Source of the DNA: Phyllobates terribilis
Lineage: Eukaryota
Reading direction: 5' to 3'
Assembly: GCF_046119375.1 (NCBI RefSeq)
Contig: NW_027362770.1
Span: forward strand, 190,340,001 to 190,404,000
DNA: 64,000 bases
The position numbers were made by a program, and so were the translations under genes. Positions within the stretch are counted from its first letter, which is position 1; the number at the start of each line of letters is the position of its first letter. This document shows, in pieces, positions 27,360-39,449 of the stretch. The notes under the pieces are model-generated. The model did not search any database and had not been told where the DNA came from. It saw nothing but the letters and a program-made list of their open reading frames with translations.

Positions 27360-29134
27360 CACAAACCTCCGGTAATACCCGACTAGTCCCAGGAACTGAC
27401 GTACCTCCTTGAGGCTCTTCGGCTCCGGCCATTTCTGGATGGCAGTGACCTTCTCCGGGTCCGGTGCTACTCCTTCTGGACTAACGATGTGCCCCAGGTA
27501 CTGTACCTTTCGCTTGAGCAGGTGGCACTTGGAGGGCTTCAGCTTCATCCCATACCGGGACAACGACTCAAATACCTCTGCCATGTGCTTCAAATGGTCC
27601 TCGTAAGTTTAGGAGTACACTATCACGTCATCCAGGTATAGTAGTATAGTCTCGAAGTTGCGGTGTCCAGGCAGCACGCTATCAATCTCTGGAACGTTCC
27701 GGGGGCGTTGCAGAGTCCGAACGGCATACTGTTGAACTCGCAGAGTCCCATCGGGGTAGTAAAGGCCGTCTTCTCCCGATCCTCTTCAGCAACAGCTACT
27801 TGCCAGTACCCACTAGTGAGGTCAAGGGTGGAGAAGTAATTTGCAGACTTTAATGCAGCCAGGGATTCCCCTGTACGGGGCAAAGGGTATGCATCTTTGT
27901 GTGTTATGCGATTTACCTGTCTGTAATCTACACACATTCTCATGCTTCCATCCTTTTTCCTGACTAGGACCAGGGAAGCTGCCCAGGGACTACAGCTATC
28001 CCTTACTACCCCTGCCTTCTTCATGTCGTGCAACATCTCCTTCGCCTTCTGGTAGTGTGCTGGTGGTATTGGCCTGTAACGTTCTTTGATGGGTGGATGG
28101 TCACCTGTGGGTATATGGTGTTGTACCCCTTTAATCCTCCCAAAGTCAAGTGGGTGTTTACTGAATACCTGCTCGTATTCCTGAACCACCCGGTGTACAC
28201 CCTGTTTCTGATGGGCAGGAGTGGTGTCTGTCCCAACATGGAGCTGTTGACACCAATCCTCCACCTGGGTTCCCGGGTCATTATCCTCCACTTCGTCTGG
28301 TGAGGTTAAGGACTCTGCCGTGTGTATGGAGTTGTTATCTACTGTGTACAGTTTGGCAACAGTGGCGTAGCGTGGTAAACTAACCTCATCCTCCCCATAG
28401 TTTAGGAGGCGTACGGGCACCCTCCCATTGCGTACATCCACTACCCCTCTGGCAGTCAAGAGTGTAGGTCTATGCTCCGAGCTAAGGGGCTCTACTACCG
28501 CCTGGTAGCTCCGTCCTTTGAGACCTATTGCTGCTCTACACCAAATCAGCATCTCACTCATCGGGGGGATCACAATGGGTATCGGGTCTGTCACCCGTAC
28601 ATTACCAATTTCACCACCTGTTAGCTTTACCTGTTGCTGGTACATAAGAGCTCTGATCTTTTTCTGGAGCACCCTCCTCTGCCCTGGTTTGGCGGTGTCA
28701 GCCATCTGTTGGAGCAAGAACAACACTTCTCCCAAACAGTTACCAACAATATTTGTGCCAAGTACCATATACAAGTCTGTATCATCAGGATTAGTCTCTA
28801 CTACAATTAGTCCCGGGTCCTTCAGTTCCACTCTTCCCACCTTTACTGCCACATCCTTAACCCCGACTAGGTTAAGGGGAAGGCCATTTGAGGCATACAC
28901 AGAAAGGTTTGGATCTGGCGGGTGAAGTTCGTCTATGGACCAGAACCTTTTGTAGAGGACATCAGGCATGATGGTTACCTGAGATCCTGTGTCCAGCAGG
29001 GCAGGTGTCGCGATACCGTCCAGCACAATGGACAGGAAAGGTCTTCCTCCCACGAACCGGCGGTACCAGTTTGATGGGCCTGGGGGGTCTACTCCTGGGT
29101 GTCGGCCCTCGGCCCCAGGGTTTGCTCGTTTAAA
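27360..29134 (-). pseudogene. Gypsy pol 5' part (protease, RT), frameshifted
   Basis: Protease LLDTGSQVT; RT motifs MCVDYR, DAYPLP, LDLTSGYWQ, KTAF and MPFGLCNAPGTFQR; YLDDV and YLGH appear in a shifted frame after about 27680. Confidence 0.93.
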
Positions 29135-30153
29135 GGACAGCTCTGCACTGTGTGGCCTGCCTTCTGACAGCGGTAGCAGATAAGTTCCTTTGGAGGGCGG
29201 CGTTGGTCGCTGGTCCTCCCACGGGGTGGCGTTGCTCTCCTTCTTCTCCTCATCCAGGGGACATCCTCCGGGCTGTCGGCTAGCATGATCCTTCCCTCCG
29301 GCTCCGTCTGCAGCTGCAGGGCGCTCATGACAGTGGTTAGAGTTTTGCTTAACTGACGCACTTCAGAGCGCAGGCTGTCCAGCTCGCTAGGAGGCACTGT
29401 TTGCATCTTTGTTTCAGCCGTTACTGAAGGAGCAGTGGGTGCTGCGGGCACTGGGGTGGCCCCACCCTGGTAACGCTGGATAGCAGTATCTGATGTTTCC
29501 AGGGGTTGCAGACCCTTTATAGCCAAGTCCTTAAGGGTGTCAAAGGTGGCATCTGGATGGTCTAAGGCCCACCACCGTACAGTTCTGCTCTCCTCCTGGG
29601 ACCTCAACCCCCGGATGAACTGTTCCATCAGCATTTTATTTTCATTTTGTATGCTGGCTGGACTAACCTGTTTCAGGGCCCGCAGGGCTTCCTGTAAGCG
29701 CCAGGCGTAGTCCCGGACACTGTCCTCAGGCTTCTGGACACAGTGGTAGAACCTCATCCGGAGATCTGTCTCAGTGCGGTTTTCAAACACAGCTTGCAGC
29801 TTTTTAAATATTGCGGATACTGACTCTTGGTCTGCGGCTGACCAGGTTTCAACTTCCCGCTCTGCAGCACCAGTCAATTGTCCAAGTACAACAGCGGCTC
29901 TCTGTTTGCCTGTCATCGAGTACATGTCCAGATCACCGCATATTCTCCTTTTAAATCCGGACAGTGTATCTGGTCTGCCGCTGTACTGGGGGAGCCACTT
30001 CGCTCCAGGGATGTACGGCAGGGCCATGGGTATGTCAGGGATTACAGGCCCTGCTGGTGGAGCGGCTGCTTCAGCCTGCTCAACGCCGAGGGCAAGTGGA
30101 ACATCGGGGCCGTTAACCGGTACTCTGGCGTTCTGCTGTGCTTCGGACATCAT
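29089..30153 (-). CDS. Gypsy Gag (354 aa) with a CCHC zinc knuckle
   Basis: Open ORF between the PBS and pol; CYRCQKAGHTVQSC zinc knuckle; capsid-like helical core. Confidence 0.88.
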   Translation of the reverse strand: MMSEAQQNARVPVNGPDVPLALGVEQAEAAAPPAGPVIPDIPMALPYIPGAKWLPQYSGRPDTLSGFKRRICGDLDMYSMTGKQRAAVVLGQLTGAAEREVETWSAADQESVSAIFKKLQAVFENRTETDLRMRFYHCVQKPEDSVRDYAWRLQEALRALKQVSPASIQNENKMLMEQFIRGLRSQEESRTVRWWALDHPDATFDTLKDLAIKGLQPLETSDTAIQRYQGGATPVPAAPTAPSVTAETKMQTVPPSELDSLRSEVRQLSKTLTTVMSALQLQTEPEGRIMLADSPEDVPWMRRRRRATPPRGRTSDQRRPPKELICYRCQKAGHTVQSCPLNEQTLGPRADTQE

Positions 30154-30517
30154 TGCGCCCCCCTAGTGAACCGGAACCTACCTTCTTCACTTCTCATCTG
30201 GTAGGCCGCAGCTCCTCGGGCGACGGTCTTCTTCCAGGACCTTGCGTCGCTCGCGTCTCACGTCAGAGCGTCCTCTCGGCTCCTTCCAGGACCTGACGCT
30301 TCCTGGTCCGACATCAGGGGCGGGGCGTGTCCTGGGCTTCGCGCGCTTCTAGCGGTTACGCCTCTCCGATTCCCGCGGTTACGCCCCTCTTCTTCCCGCG
30401 CGGCGACAGGAAAATGGAGGACAATGGCGGGAAATCACAGGAATGGCGGGAAACCTTCACCACAGTGAGTATTACAGTCTTTTAAGGTGCACAGTAACCG
30501 GTGGCAGCGGGCACGCA

Positions 30518-30535
30518 ATCCTGTTCGTGACGCCA
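30518..30535 (-). other. Primer-binding site (probably tRNA-Ser)
   Basis: TGGCGTCACGAACAGGAT, 5 nt from the 5' LTR. It is complementary to a ...ATCCTGTTCGTGACGCCA tRNA end that I recall as vertebrate tRNA-Ser(CGA); not verified. Confidence 0.8.
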
Positions 30536-30540
30536 AAACT

Positions 30541-31603
30541 TGACTCGCACCCTGGGCCGTGGGGTACTCGGCAGCCGGGCCTCTGGTTGCTGGGGGGGAT
30601 ATCACGGTGGGTGGCCCGCTCCGTGACCCAGGGAGGTCAGTAAAAGGGGAATAGTTTATAGGGGATTTGGGAAAGTTCGGGACGCCACCTGTGGGATGCG
30701 GCCAAGGGGGCTGCTGCTGCGGAGCAGTCCTCTGGTGCTGGTGTTACGGCAGCAGGGATGGTGTGGCTCTCCACAGGTAAAGCTAGCTCCAGGGCACCGT
30801 GGGGGGTAATGAATGGTGGTGCAGGGGTGAGACGGCAGGACGGTCCCGGAGGAAAGACGGACACACACACGGGGGCAAGCTTCATTACCTTTACTAGTGA
30901 TGTTGCAGGCACGATCCAGGGTACTCCAGGTGAAGGGCGCACTTTTGGACTCTCCCCAGTGAGCGTGTATAGGGCCTCTTGATCCGTGGCTTTACTCACT
31001 AAGCTTCTGGCCTGCCTGGAACTAGGCCTAGCTTGGTTACTGTCTCTCTTTGCACCTGCTGACCTGGTGGTAGTCAGGTAGTCAGCGTTTGGCAAACCTG
31101 GGACCTGTAGTCCTCCAGGGGTTCCTGTGGTTCCTCCTGGGTGTAAAGAGTCCCTGTAGGCATGGACCCGGTGTCCGGTATATATATCGGGGTGAGCCTG
31201 GTATGCTCCTCTGCCCCCTTGCTACTTCTTCCTTCTCCTCTCGCCTTCGGCCACACTCAGGCCCTCACTAGGCTTCCACACGTGCTGTAGGCCTTGGCTC
31301 ACCTAAGCACAGCAGCCAGCTTGCTGCTCTCTTCACTGCTCTCTGAGCGTCAGCACGCTCTATGCTCAACTCTGAGCTGTGTTCCTCTCTGCCTCTGCAG
31401 GAACTCACTTCTCTCTTAACACTAAACTGAAACTTAACTGAGCTGCCTGGCTCCACCCTCCCTATATATATCCCTAACGGGCTCCCTCTGCTGGTCTGAG
31501 GTGGTAGGGTGGAGGTGTGTGAATGTGTGAGGGCCTCTTGTGGAAAAGTCCATCCATGCACCCTTCTGGGTTCTGTGGCACCAATGCGCAGCAGGGCGCC
31601 ACA
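30541..31603 (-). repeat. 5' LTR of the Gypsy element
   Basis: About 1060 bp; direct repeat of 19944-21014; adjacent to the PBS. Confidence 0.95.
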
Positions 31604-32250
31604 ACATCGAGTTGGAGGGGGCGTAGATAAGCACACAGTGCACCTCAAAAGAGGGGAGAGTGACGGAGGGTGGCAGTGGGATTTGTCAGTTATCTGACAC
31701 GAGAAAACCTCCTCCACCATGCTTGCCACTGGTACAGGGTGTGTGGGAAAGGTGCAATCTGCCGTACGAAAGTGCAGCTGGAGAGGCTGTGTCAGGTTTC
31801 GGTGATGCCGAGAAAGGAAAGTCAGTAATTTAAAAGATCATGGATGTAGGAAAGATTGTTGCAGACGGAGCGAGAGTTCCATAGAGCTCCTGTTAGAGGG
31901 ACTGGGGAAGCGGGGGCTGGGTGAATGGGTATAAGGTTAGAAAGGTTGTGCGAGTTTGTTTGTGAGATCGTGTATGAGAGGTAGAAGTGACTGTAGGGAT
32001 GTGGTGAGGAGGACCAGGATTTTGAGAGATATAGCTGGCAGTGAGGAGGAGCAGGGAAAGTGTTAGCACAGGTGAGAGCAGGACAAGGCATGAGGTGGCT
32101 GTCTGTGTTGGAGAGACAGGATTGTATGTTGAGGAATAGTTCTGGGGAGGAGGTGAGATGAATGGGGAGGATGGAGGGAGAGATGAAGAGTTCATTACTA
32201 GGTGTAGGGATTAAGGGGTTAGTAGAAATTGGAGGATTATTGGGGAGAGA
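31604..32250 (-). mobile_element. Old L2 LINE, 5' half of the endonuclease region
   Basis: LTLSLLLLTASYISQNPGP...GALWNSRSVCNNLSYIHD. It continues into the 19628-19943 fragment across the ACAT TSD (reconstructed PLQLDVIYRPP). Confidence 0.85.
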
Positions 32251-32752
32251 GTGGAAACAAACAGAATTATTGTTTACTTTGCCTGGTTATCCAGTTTCCT
32301 TCTGTTCCCATTCCACATTATGTACATAAACTTCATGGGTGCCAATAACTATGAGCAGGACAGTAGTTGTTTTGTGTCTGAGAATCAGGAGGATTGGGTT
32401 ACTTACTTACCTCTAGCTGAATTTGCAATGAATAACTGTTGTCATGAGTCTACTGGTTAGTCCCTGTTCTTCGGGGCTTACGGATTTCATCCTCAGTTCA
32501 GCTCTTTTAATAGGAATTGTTCTTCAGAAATACCTGAAGAGGAACGGTTTTCATCTTCTATTACTTTTGTTTGGTAAAGGGCTCTTAATAATTTGAAGAA
32601 GATGGGGTCCAAATATAAGTGTGTGGCTGATCGGAGACATTTGGTGGGTCCGGACCAGTGTGTTGGTGATTTAGTGTGTTTGTCCTCGAGGAACATTAAG
32701 TTGAAGGTTCCTTCTTGGAAACTGGGACCTAGGTTCATCGATTATTATAAGA
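32251..32752 (+). mobile_element. Gypsy integrase relic (a different family from the full-length element)
   Basis: QEDWVTYLPLAEFAMNN...GDLVCLSSRNIKLKVPSWKLGPRFI, with stops and frameshifts. Confidence 0.8.
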
Positions 32753-33699
32753 CTAGATGGTAGCCCGATTCTAATGCATCGGGTAATCTAGAATATGCAT
32801 GCGGCCGACCGGGCGCGACTAAGCAGCGAAGCAGTGTTTAAATGGGTTGTGTACTACTTTAAATTAACTTCACAATGTATCCCCTCGGTGCCCCTAATGA
32901 ATTTTGTCATTATGTCATGTTGTTAATCCTGCTTGTGACAACATCGATGACGACGCACAGCCAGCACGTAATTCTCCCGCCTGCAGCCGGATCTTGCTTC
33001 CGCTTACATCACGACTATTTGCGGCTGCAGCCAGGGGTCTGCTGTTCCGCGCACCACAGTGAATGACGGGCTGTGGCCGGGGTTATCCCTCATCGTGTCA
33101 CATCCAGCATCCACAGCGCGGTCTGTCAATGTGGTTTGTATGGCTGCGTCATTCCTCTAATCCTGGTTTGTATGGCTCCCTTATCTTGGATTGTACGGCT
33201 TCCTCATCTTAGCTTGTATGGCCCCCTTATCCTGGTTTTGTATGACCTACTCATTCCCCCATCTCTACTGCACAGTTCAAAAACTAAACCCTAATCCTCC
33301 CCTTGTTTCCTTTCTCTGCTCCAGCGCTGTCTGTCCTGTTTTCAGCAGCTTCTCGCAGGATGTGAGGCACAGCGCGCGCTCTCAGATACTGCTGTGATTA
33401 GCTGCTGTCTGTAGATTCGCTGCTTTCCACGCCGGGACTGAGTGCGTGGAGAGGCACAAATCTGCATTCACTTTAGTAGCAGATGCTGCAGATGCCGCTA
33501 TGAAGATTTAACAATAATACAATGAATACACAAAATAATACTTTATTAACTATTATTGGTTATAGAACTTAATACAACTGAACAAAATTATTAAACAGAT
33601 GATCGAAATATATAAACTATTCCATGAATATCTAAATATATTTTAAAATAAATCATCGGACAAAAGAAGTACGACCCTAGAATATATTTCTTAACAATA

Positions 33700-36600
33700 T
33701 CAACCTAAAATATTTTTGTACACAACATTTTTGGTGAATACTTTTGGACTATCTGTAAGCAACTTTCCTTGTAAATGGGTATCCAAAACTTGCACCTTGA
33801 CATTGGATCTAATTTTAACTCTTGAAAATGCAACATAGAGTTGTCCATGACCAAAAACGGGCTCCGGTAAATATATGCCAACACGGTGTAGAGTTTGACC
33901 TTGTGACTTGTTTATTGTCATGGCAAATGCTGGTTTTACTGGAAACTGTCGACGTCGAAGCCTAAATGGAAGACCGGTGTCTGAAGGACATAAATCAATG
34001 CGTGGAATGAACACTTCCTCTCCTTTTGCAGATCCAGTGATCACTGTTGCTTGAATTATGTGGGAATGGAGTCCAGTAACAATAAGGCGAGTTCCATTAC
34101 ATAGACCATTTCTTGTATTTAGATTCCGAAGCAACATTACGATTGCTCCAACTTTAAGTTGTAGTCTGTGGGATGGCATTCCTGATGGCGTAACACTATT
34201 TAAAAATTCAACTGGATAATGCTCTCGTTCATCTTCATTGTCGACATCCACCGAATCATCACTTTTGTACAATTTATACTCTCCAGGCATTCTATCCATC
34301 ACACGGGAATTTAGCAGAGCTACGTCATCGTTCTTGGGACAGAGAATTGCATAGGAAGAGGCCCTCTCAACACTGCTTTGGTCGTTCACATCTATTTCAA
34401 CGCGTTGTCCAAAAACATCACTTACGATGCAGTCAGTGCACAACATGTCTTTTGGCATTTCAATAATGTCTTCTCCAAGGTTATATTGATTGCTAAGTTC
34501 ACCATTACCAAGTTTAAGAAGCCAGTTCCTGTACTCTGGGTCAGAAGATCGCATGTTGTTAATTAGTTGCAGTTTATTAAACTCTTTCCAAAGGTCTGAC
34601 ATTTTTAAGGTTGACTCGATAATATTTGTTCTTGTTCCATTTGGTACAACTGGAAGGCATTGCCTAAAATCTCTGCCAAGGACAAAAACTTTACCTCCAA
34701 AAGGAATTTCATTTTTTTCAGCAATATTTGTAGTCATAACTTCATGCAGAAGTCTGTCAATTAAGCTCAAAGCATATTTGGGCACCATGGTGCACTCATC
34801 AAGTATCAAAAGATTTGCACTGTTCAACTGTTTTCCTGCAAATGTGTCTTGTTTGATTGTGGAAACGGAGATTTCATTGACCGGAACTGGTATCCCAAAG
34901 AGTGAATGCATAGTGCGACCTCCTCTTAAAAGGTTTGCTGCAATATCTGTTGTAGCCGATGGCAATACGACTTTTCCTAACCCTCTAACGTGATGCATTA
35001 AAACTTCATAGAGGTATGTTTTACCGCTGCCTCCAGGACCGTCAATAAAGAAACATTTTGCCGTTGGATCGGCTTGGTTTTCTACAGCGCTCACAATAGT
35101 GTCATATGCAATCCGCTGTTCTTTATTTAAGGAGTTTTTCTTCTCTGTTGCCAGCAATAATTCATAAGCTTCGTCATACTCTTGAATTTGTGCAACTTGA
35201 CTTGCAGGCTGTGGCAAATTAAAGTCTGAAAACGTTTTTCCATGCAGTTGTAGGATATTTTGGACATCTTGCATGGCATAAGATTCGCAATTGTGACAAT
35301 TTCCACTTTTGTTGTGAAGACGTAAGCAGTAATCTTCAATTATATGTTCTTTGAAATTTGTCCAAAGTTGATCCGGATTTGTAGGCGGTCCAAAGACACA
35401 AATGTAGGCAAACAATTCACGAAGTTTCTTAGGCATATGTAGGGTAACTGCGTCTTCTAAAGTAAGTGTCCACATAGTATCATCCAATAGAAGTCCTAAA
35501 GCCAAAGCTGCAGCTTTAAATGTATCGTGCAATACTCCATTAACTGTTTTCAAATCTTCGTAACTTCTAGCTCCTTTGACATGCAGTAGTAACAGCCGAA
35601 GGCAATATCTTTCTTGATCCTTGACACTAACAGTATACATGCGTCCAATTATTCTGCTAAGTCCTCGTTGTCTTGGCTTCCAAGTTTTATTCCAAACGTA
35701 ATGCTCTGGAATCCCTCGATACAAATACTGCCTTGCGTTTTCGTCACGTTGGTTCAGCAAAAACCATTCCATTAATGTTGACGTTGTGCTTAAATTTTTG
35801 GAGACATCTTCGACTTGAGCATTTTCAAAGAATTAAAGCTGCTGTTGATTTGGTAAATGAATAGCTAAACATATAATGGCATGGGACTGTGAATGCATTG
35901 GAAATGCAAATATTCTCCAAGCAGCTTCTGGAGCACTGACATATCTTGAGTCAACAAATCGTGATGATTCATCGTGATTGACTGTTTTTTGTTGGATTTC
36001 GATGTTACCTTTGTCATGCCCCTTGTAGATGTACTTGAAAAGATATTTAACACTTTTTATTGAAGTGCAGATTTCCACGTTGATGTGACAGTTGTAGCGT
36101 TTTAATAAGTACGGGTTGTATGGAACTATCCATGAGTTATTTAGAATCTTTTTGTTGTGTACAATGTTATCAATCAGTTGTCTCCGGTAGGATGGGTAGC
36201 CTTCCAAATCTTTAACAGTGTGCTGTTTCAACTGCTTTGGAAACCCTTTTGTACACTTTCCGTTTTCCATGCATGGACTTTTTGGATTTGCTACACCGCA
36301 TGGGCCATGAACCATATTACAGATTACAATATTATACAATTCAGGATACTTTTCTTGGTTAGGAATTTCAGCCCACACTATGTTGTCAATTTCGTCCTCC
36401 GTGCGAAACTTGGAATTCGCGTCTAAAATAATTAGTATATGCGCATGTGGGAGACCTCGTTTCTGAAACTCTATGACGTGTACCATTGCTACGACTGTTC
36501 CAAAAAGTCCTTTTGTGATGTCTTTAAAAAGGCTGCTGAGTTTTAATCGAAATACGCATGCAACTAAGTCCGGCCTGTGTTCAACTTGCTGCCAGGGTTG

Positions 36601-39003
36601 TAGATTTTCTGTAATTTCCGGCCATTTAGGATTACAGGTCATTATTAAAAAAATGTCAGGTCTCCATATGTGTTACTATTGCCATTGCATCTTGATAACG
36701 CTGTTGCATGCTGCGGGGGCTACCTTCAAAGGACGACGGGAGAATTACTGTTTTTCCAATTGGAATTCCTTTTTGAATGGATTGTTTTTGCAAATGTTCT
36801 TGAAGAACGCAGTAGTCTTCAACTTTAAGTTGTTTTTGGTTCCTTCGTATGAAATTGAGCCGATTTGCTTCAATTTTAACTTATGCGTCTACTAAGTACT
36901 GTTGTGTCAGTTTCCCACCGTTTAAAATAGGATTGAAGTAATTTCACACAGACAGAAGAAAACTGTAGTACTGTAGTTGTGTAATTCTTCTTGAAGTTCC
37001 TTGCTGGTGTAGGTTTTCATGCCACCCTTGATCACCACTTGGAAAGAATAGCAGATACAGAAGAGCATCAAGGTTGCTGTGCAAAATGCTAATCCGTTGT
37101 GTTTTAGGAACGAAAGGGTTGTTTTTGTCTGGCTTAAGATGGACTAATATATCTCTTTGAAAAGGAGGCTCTCCATCATCGTTTTGAAAAACAACTGCGA
37201 CCTCACTTACACGTGGTTTGTTGTAACATCGGGGATCTTGTTGACATTCTTGTTTAATGGCCATGATAATAGAAGGCATTTCCGTCCCATTTTGTATAGC
37301 TCTCTGTTCCTCCTCAGCTTCAACGTCTTTTAGCATGCGATATGCGGCAGCAAATGGGCTGATTGTTTGTAAATGTACGGCAATTAGGTTCATCAGTTCG
37401 GCATTACACTTTTCATTTTCTTTTCGGTTCATCCTTTGTTCTGTAGCCTCATTTGGATCAAAGATGTATAATTGTGCAAATGTTGGTGGTTGTCCTAGTT
37501 CTGGGTGAAGTGTTCCAGTGCGGTGGTAGATCTGGCCATGAATTTGAAAACAATACGGTCCGAATCCAGGGGGCGGTGCAATGTTGGCACCAAATGAAGC
37601 AAACGCATGAGAACTGTTGATACTTCTGATATTTTCCATAAAATTTCTACTGTGTTCATGCGTTCCTTTCATCAACTGCTCAAACAGATCTGAGTAGTGA
37701 CATCTTGGTAGCATCACTTTTCCTTTTTGGCTGCATTGAGTAAACTGATTGTCAGATGGTTTTTCCTCAATAAAATTCATAGATTCGCATTTGGAACAAA
37801 CTACATTCATCTTCCCACAGTAGTGTTGAATAATGATAGTTTCATTGTCTGTTACGTAACGTGCAAGTTGTTGAATGTTCTGCTGGGTTTGCCTTAGTTG
37901 GTAGAGCATTCGGTTTTGATAAATTTGTCGATCGTGTTGTTCTCGGTTTGTCCTGGATTCTGGAGATTCATTCAGACGACATTGTCTATGGGATTCCGCA
38001 TCGTGTTCCTGTCTAGCCGCAGTGTGTTGCGGTGTTTCCCGTTCCCGACGTTGTCTGTGAGATTCCGCATCCTGTGCTTGTCTGGCAGCAGTGTCTTGTG
38101 GTGTCTCCTGTTTCCGACGTTGTCTGTGTGATTCTGCATCCTGGGCTTGTCTGGCGGCAGTGTGTTGTGGTGTCTCTTGTTCCCAACGTTGTCTGTGACA
38201 TTCGGCATCCTGGGCTTGTCTGGCGACAGTGTGTTGTGGTGTCTCCTGTTCCCGATGTTTTCTGTGAGATTCCGCATCCTGGGCTTGTCTGCCGGCAGTG
38301 TGTCGTGGTGTCTCCTGCTTCCGAATTTTTCTGTGAGCTTCCGCATCCTGGACTTGTCTGCTGGCAGTGTGTTGTGGTGTCTCCTGTTCCCGGCGTTTTT
38401 GGTGAGATTCCGAATCCTGGGCTTCTCTGGCGACAGTGTGTTGCGGTGTGTCCAGCTCCCGTCGTTTCTTGCGATATTCTGCATCCTTGGCTTGTCTGAC
38501 GGCAGTGTGTTGCGGTGTCTCCTGTTCTCGGCGTTTTTGGTGAGATTCCGCATCCTGGGCTTGTCTGGCGACAGTGTGTTTCGGTTTCTCCTGTTCCCTG
38601 CGTTTTTGGTGAGCTTCCGCATCCTGGGCTTGTCTGGCGACAGTGTGTTTCGGTGTCTCCTGTTCCCGGCGTTTTTTTTGAGCTTCCGCATCCTGGGCTT
38701 GTATTGCAGTGTCTCCTGTTCCCGGCGTTTTTGGTGAGATTCGGCATCCTGGGCTTGTCTGGCGGCAGTGTGTTGCGGTGTCTCCTGTTCCCGGCGTTTT
38801 TTGTGGGATTCCGCATCCTGGGCTTGTCTGGCGGCAGTGTGTAGCGGTGTCTCCTGTTCCCGGCGTTTTTTGTGAGCTTCCGCATCCTGGGCTTGTCTGG
38901 CGGCAGTATGTTGTGCTGTCTGTTGCTCTCGACGTTATTGTTGTCTTGCTGCTTCTGCAGCTTTTCGGTCTTCCTCCGTGGCGTATTTTCGCTTACGACC
39001 CAT
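33700..39003 (-). pseudogene. Helitron RepHel (HUH endonuclease + PIF1 helicase), disrupted
   Basis: Start MGRKRKY at 39003; Cys-rich YCGKMNVVCSKC; MTCNPKW; HUH motif EFQKRGLPHAHIL; KYLFKYIYKG; Walker A GPGGSGKT; Walker B LILDE; FAMTINKSQGQTL. Several stops and frameshifts. Confidence 0.93.
37980..38930 (-). repeat. 60-bp coding tandem repeat in the RepHel N-terminus (~16 units)
   Basis: Unit CCGCATCCTGGGCTTGTCTGGCGGCAGTGTGTTGCGGTGTCTCCTGTTCCCGGCGTTTTT and variants on the plus strand. Confidence 0.9.
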
Positions 39004-39067
39004 TACAGGAAACGTAAAGAAGTATCTCTTCAGCGCGCTGTCACTGGCAGAACGTATTCAGTAAACC

Positions 39068-39326
39068 TGACAGAAGTCCCTCGCACAGTGTGAGTGAAGT
39101 CCCTCGCACAGTGTGAGTGAAGTCCCTCGCACAGTGTGACAGAAGTCCCTCGCACAGTGTGACAGAAGTCCCTCTCACAGTGTGACAGAAGTCCCTCGCA
39201 CAGTCTGACTGAAGTCCCTCGCACAGTCTGACTGAAGTCCCTCGCACAGTGTGACAGAAGTCCCTCGCACAGTGTGACAGAAGTCCCTCGCACAGTGTGA
39301 CAGAAGTCCCTCGCACAGTGTGACTG
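39068..39326. repeat. 20-bp minisatellite (~13 units) in the Helitron
   Basis: GAAGTCCCTCGCACAGTGTGA(CA/GT) repeated in tandem. Confidence 0.95.
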
Positions 39327-39449
39327 AGAAAACCTGCTCAGTACATTATGAGCATTTTGTGAGTCACATGACCACATGGGCGGAGTTAGCCGTGCTATCT
39401 CCCGAAGGTGGCGTAGATATTTGAAATGTTGCAGTAATTGGCCGGAGAG

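Larger units (their letters stand above)
19944..31603 (-). mobile_element. Full-length Ty3/Gypsy LTR retrotransposon (defective; gag-PR-RT-RH-IN order)
   Basis: Paired TG...CA LTRs at 19944-21014 and 30541-31603; 4-bp TSD ACAT at 19940-19943 and 31604-31607; PBS at 30518-30535; polypurine tract AGGGGGGAA next to the 3' LTR (21015-21023). Confidence 0.97.

Noticed and set aside
21599-29053. Unusual Gmr1-type pol domain order
   Set aside because: The order is the standard PR-RT-RH-IN once the L2 insertion is removed.
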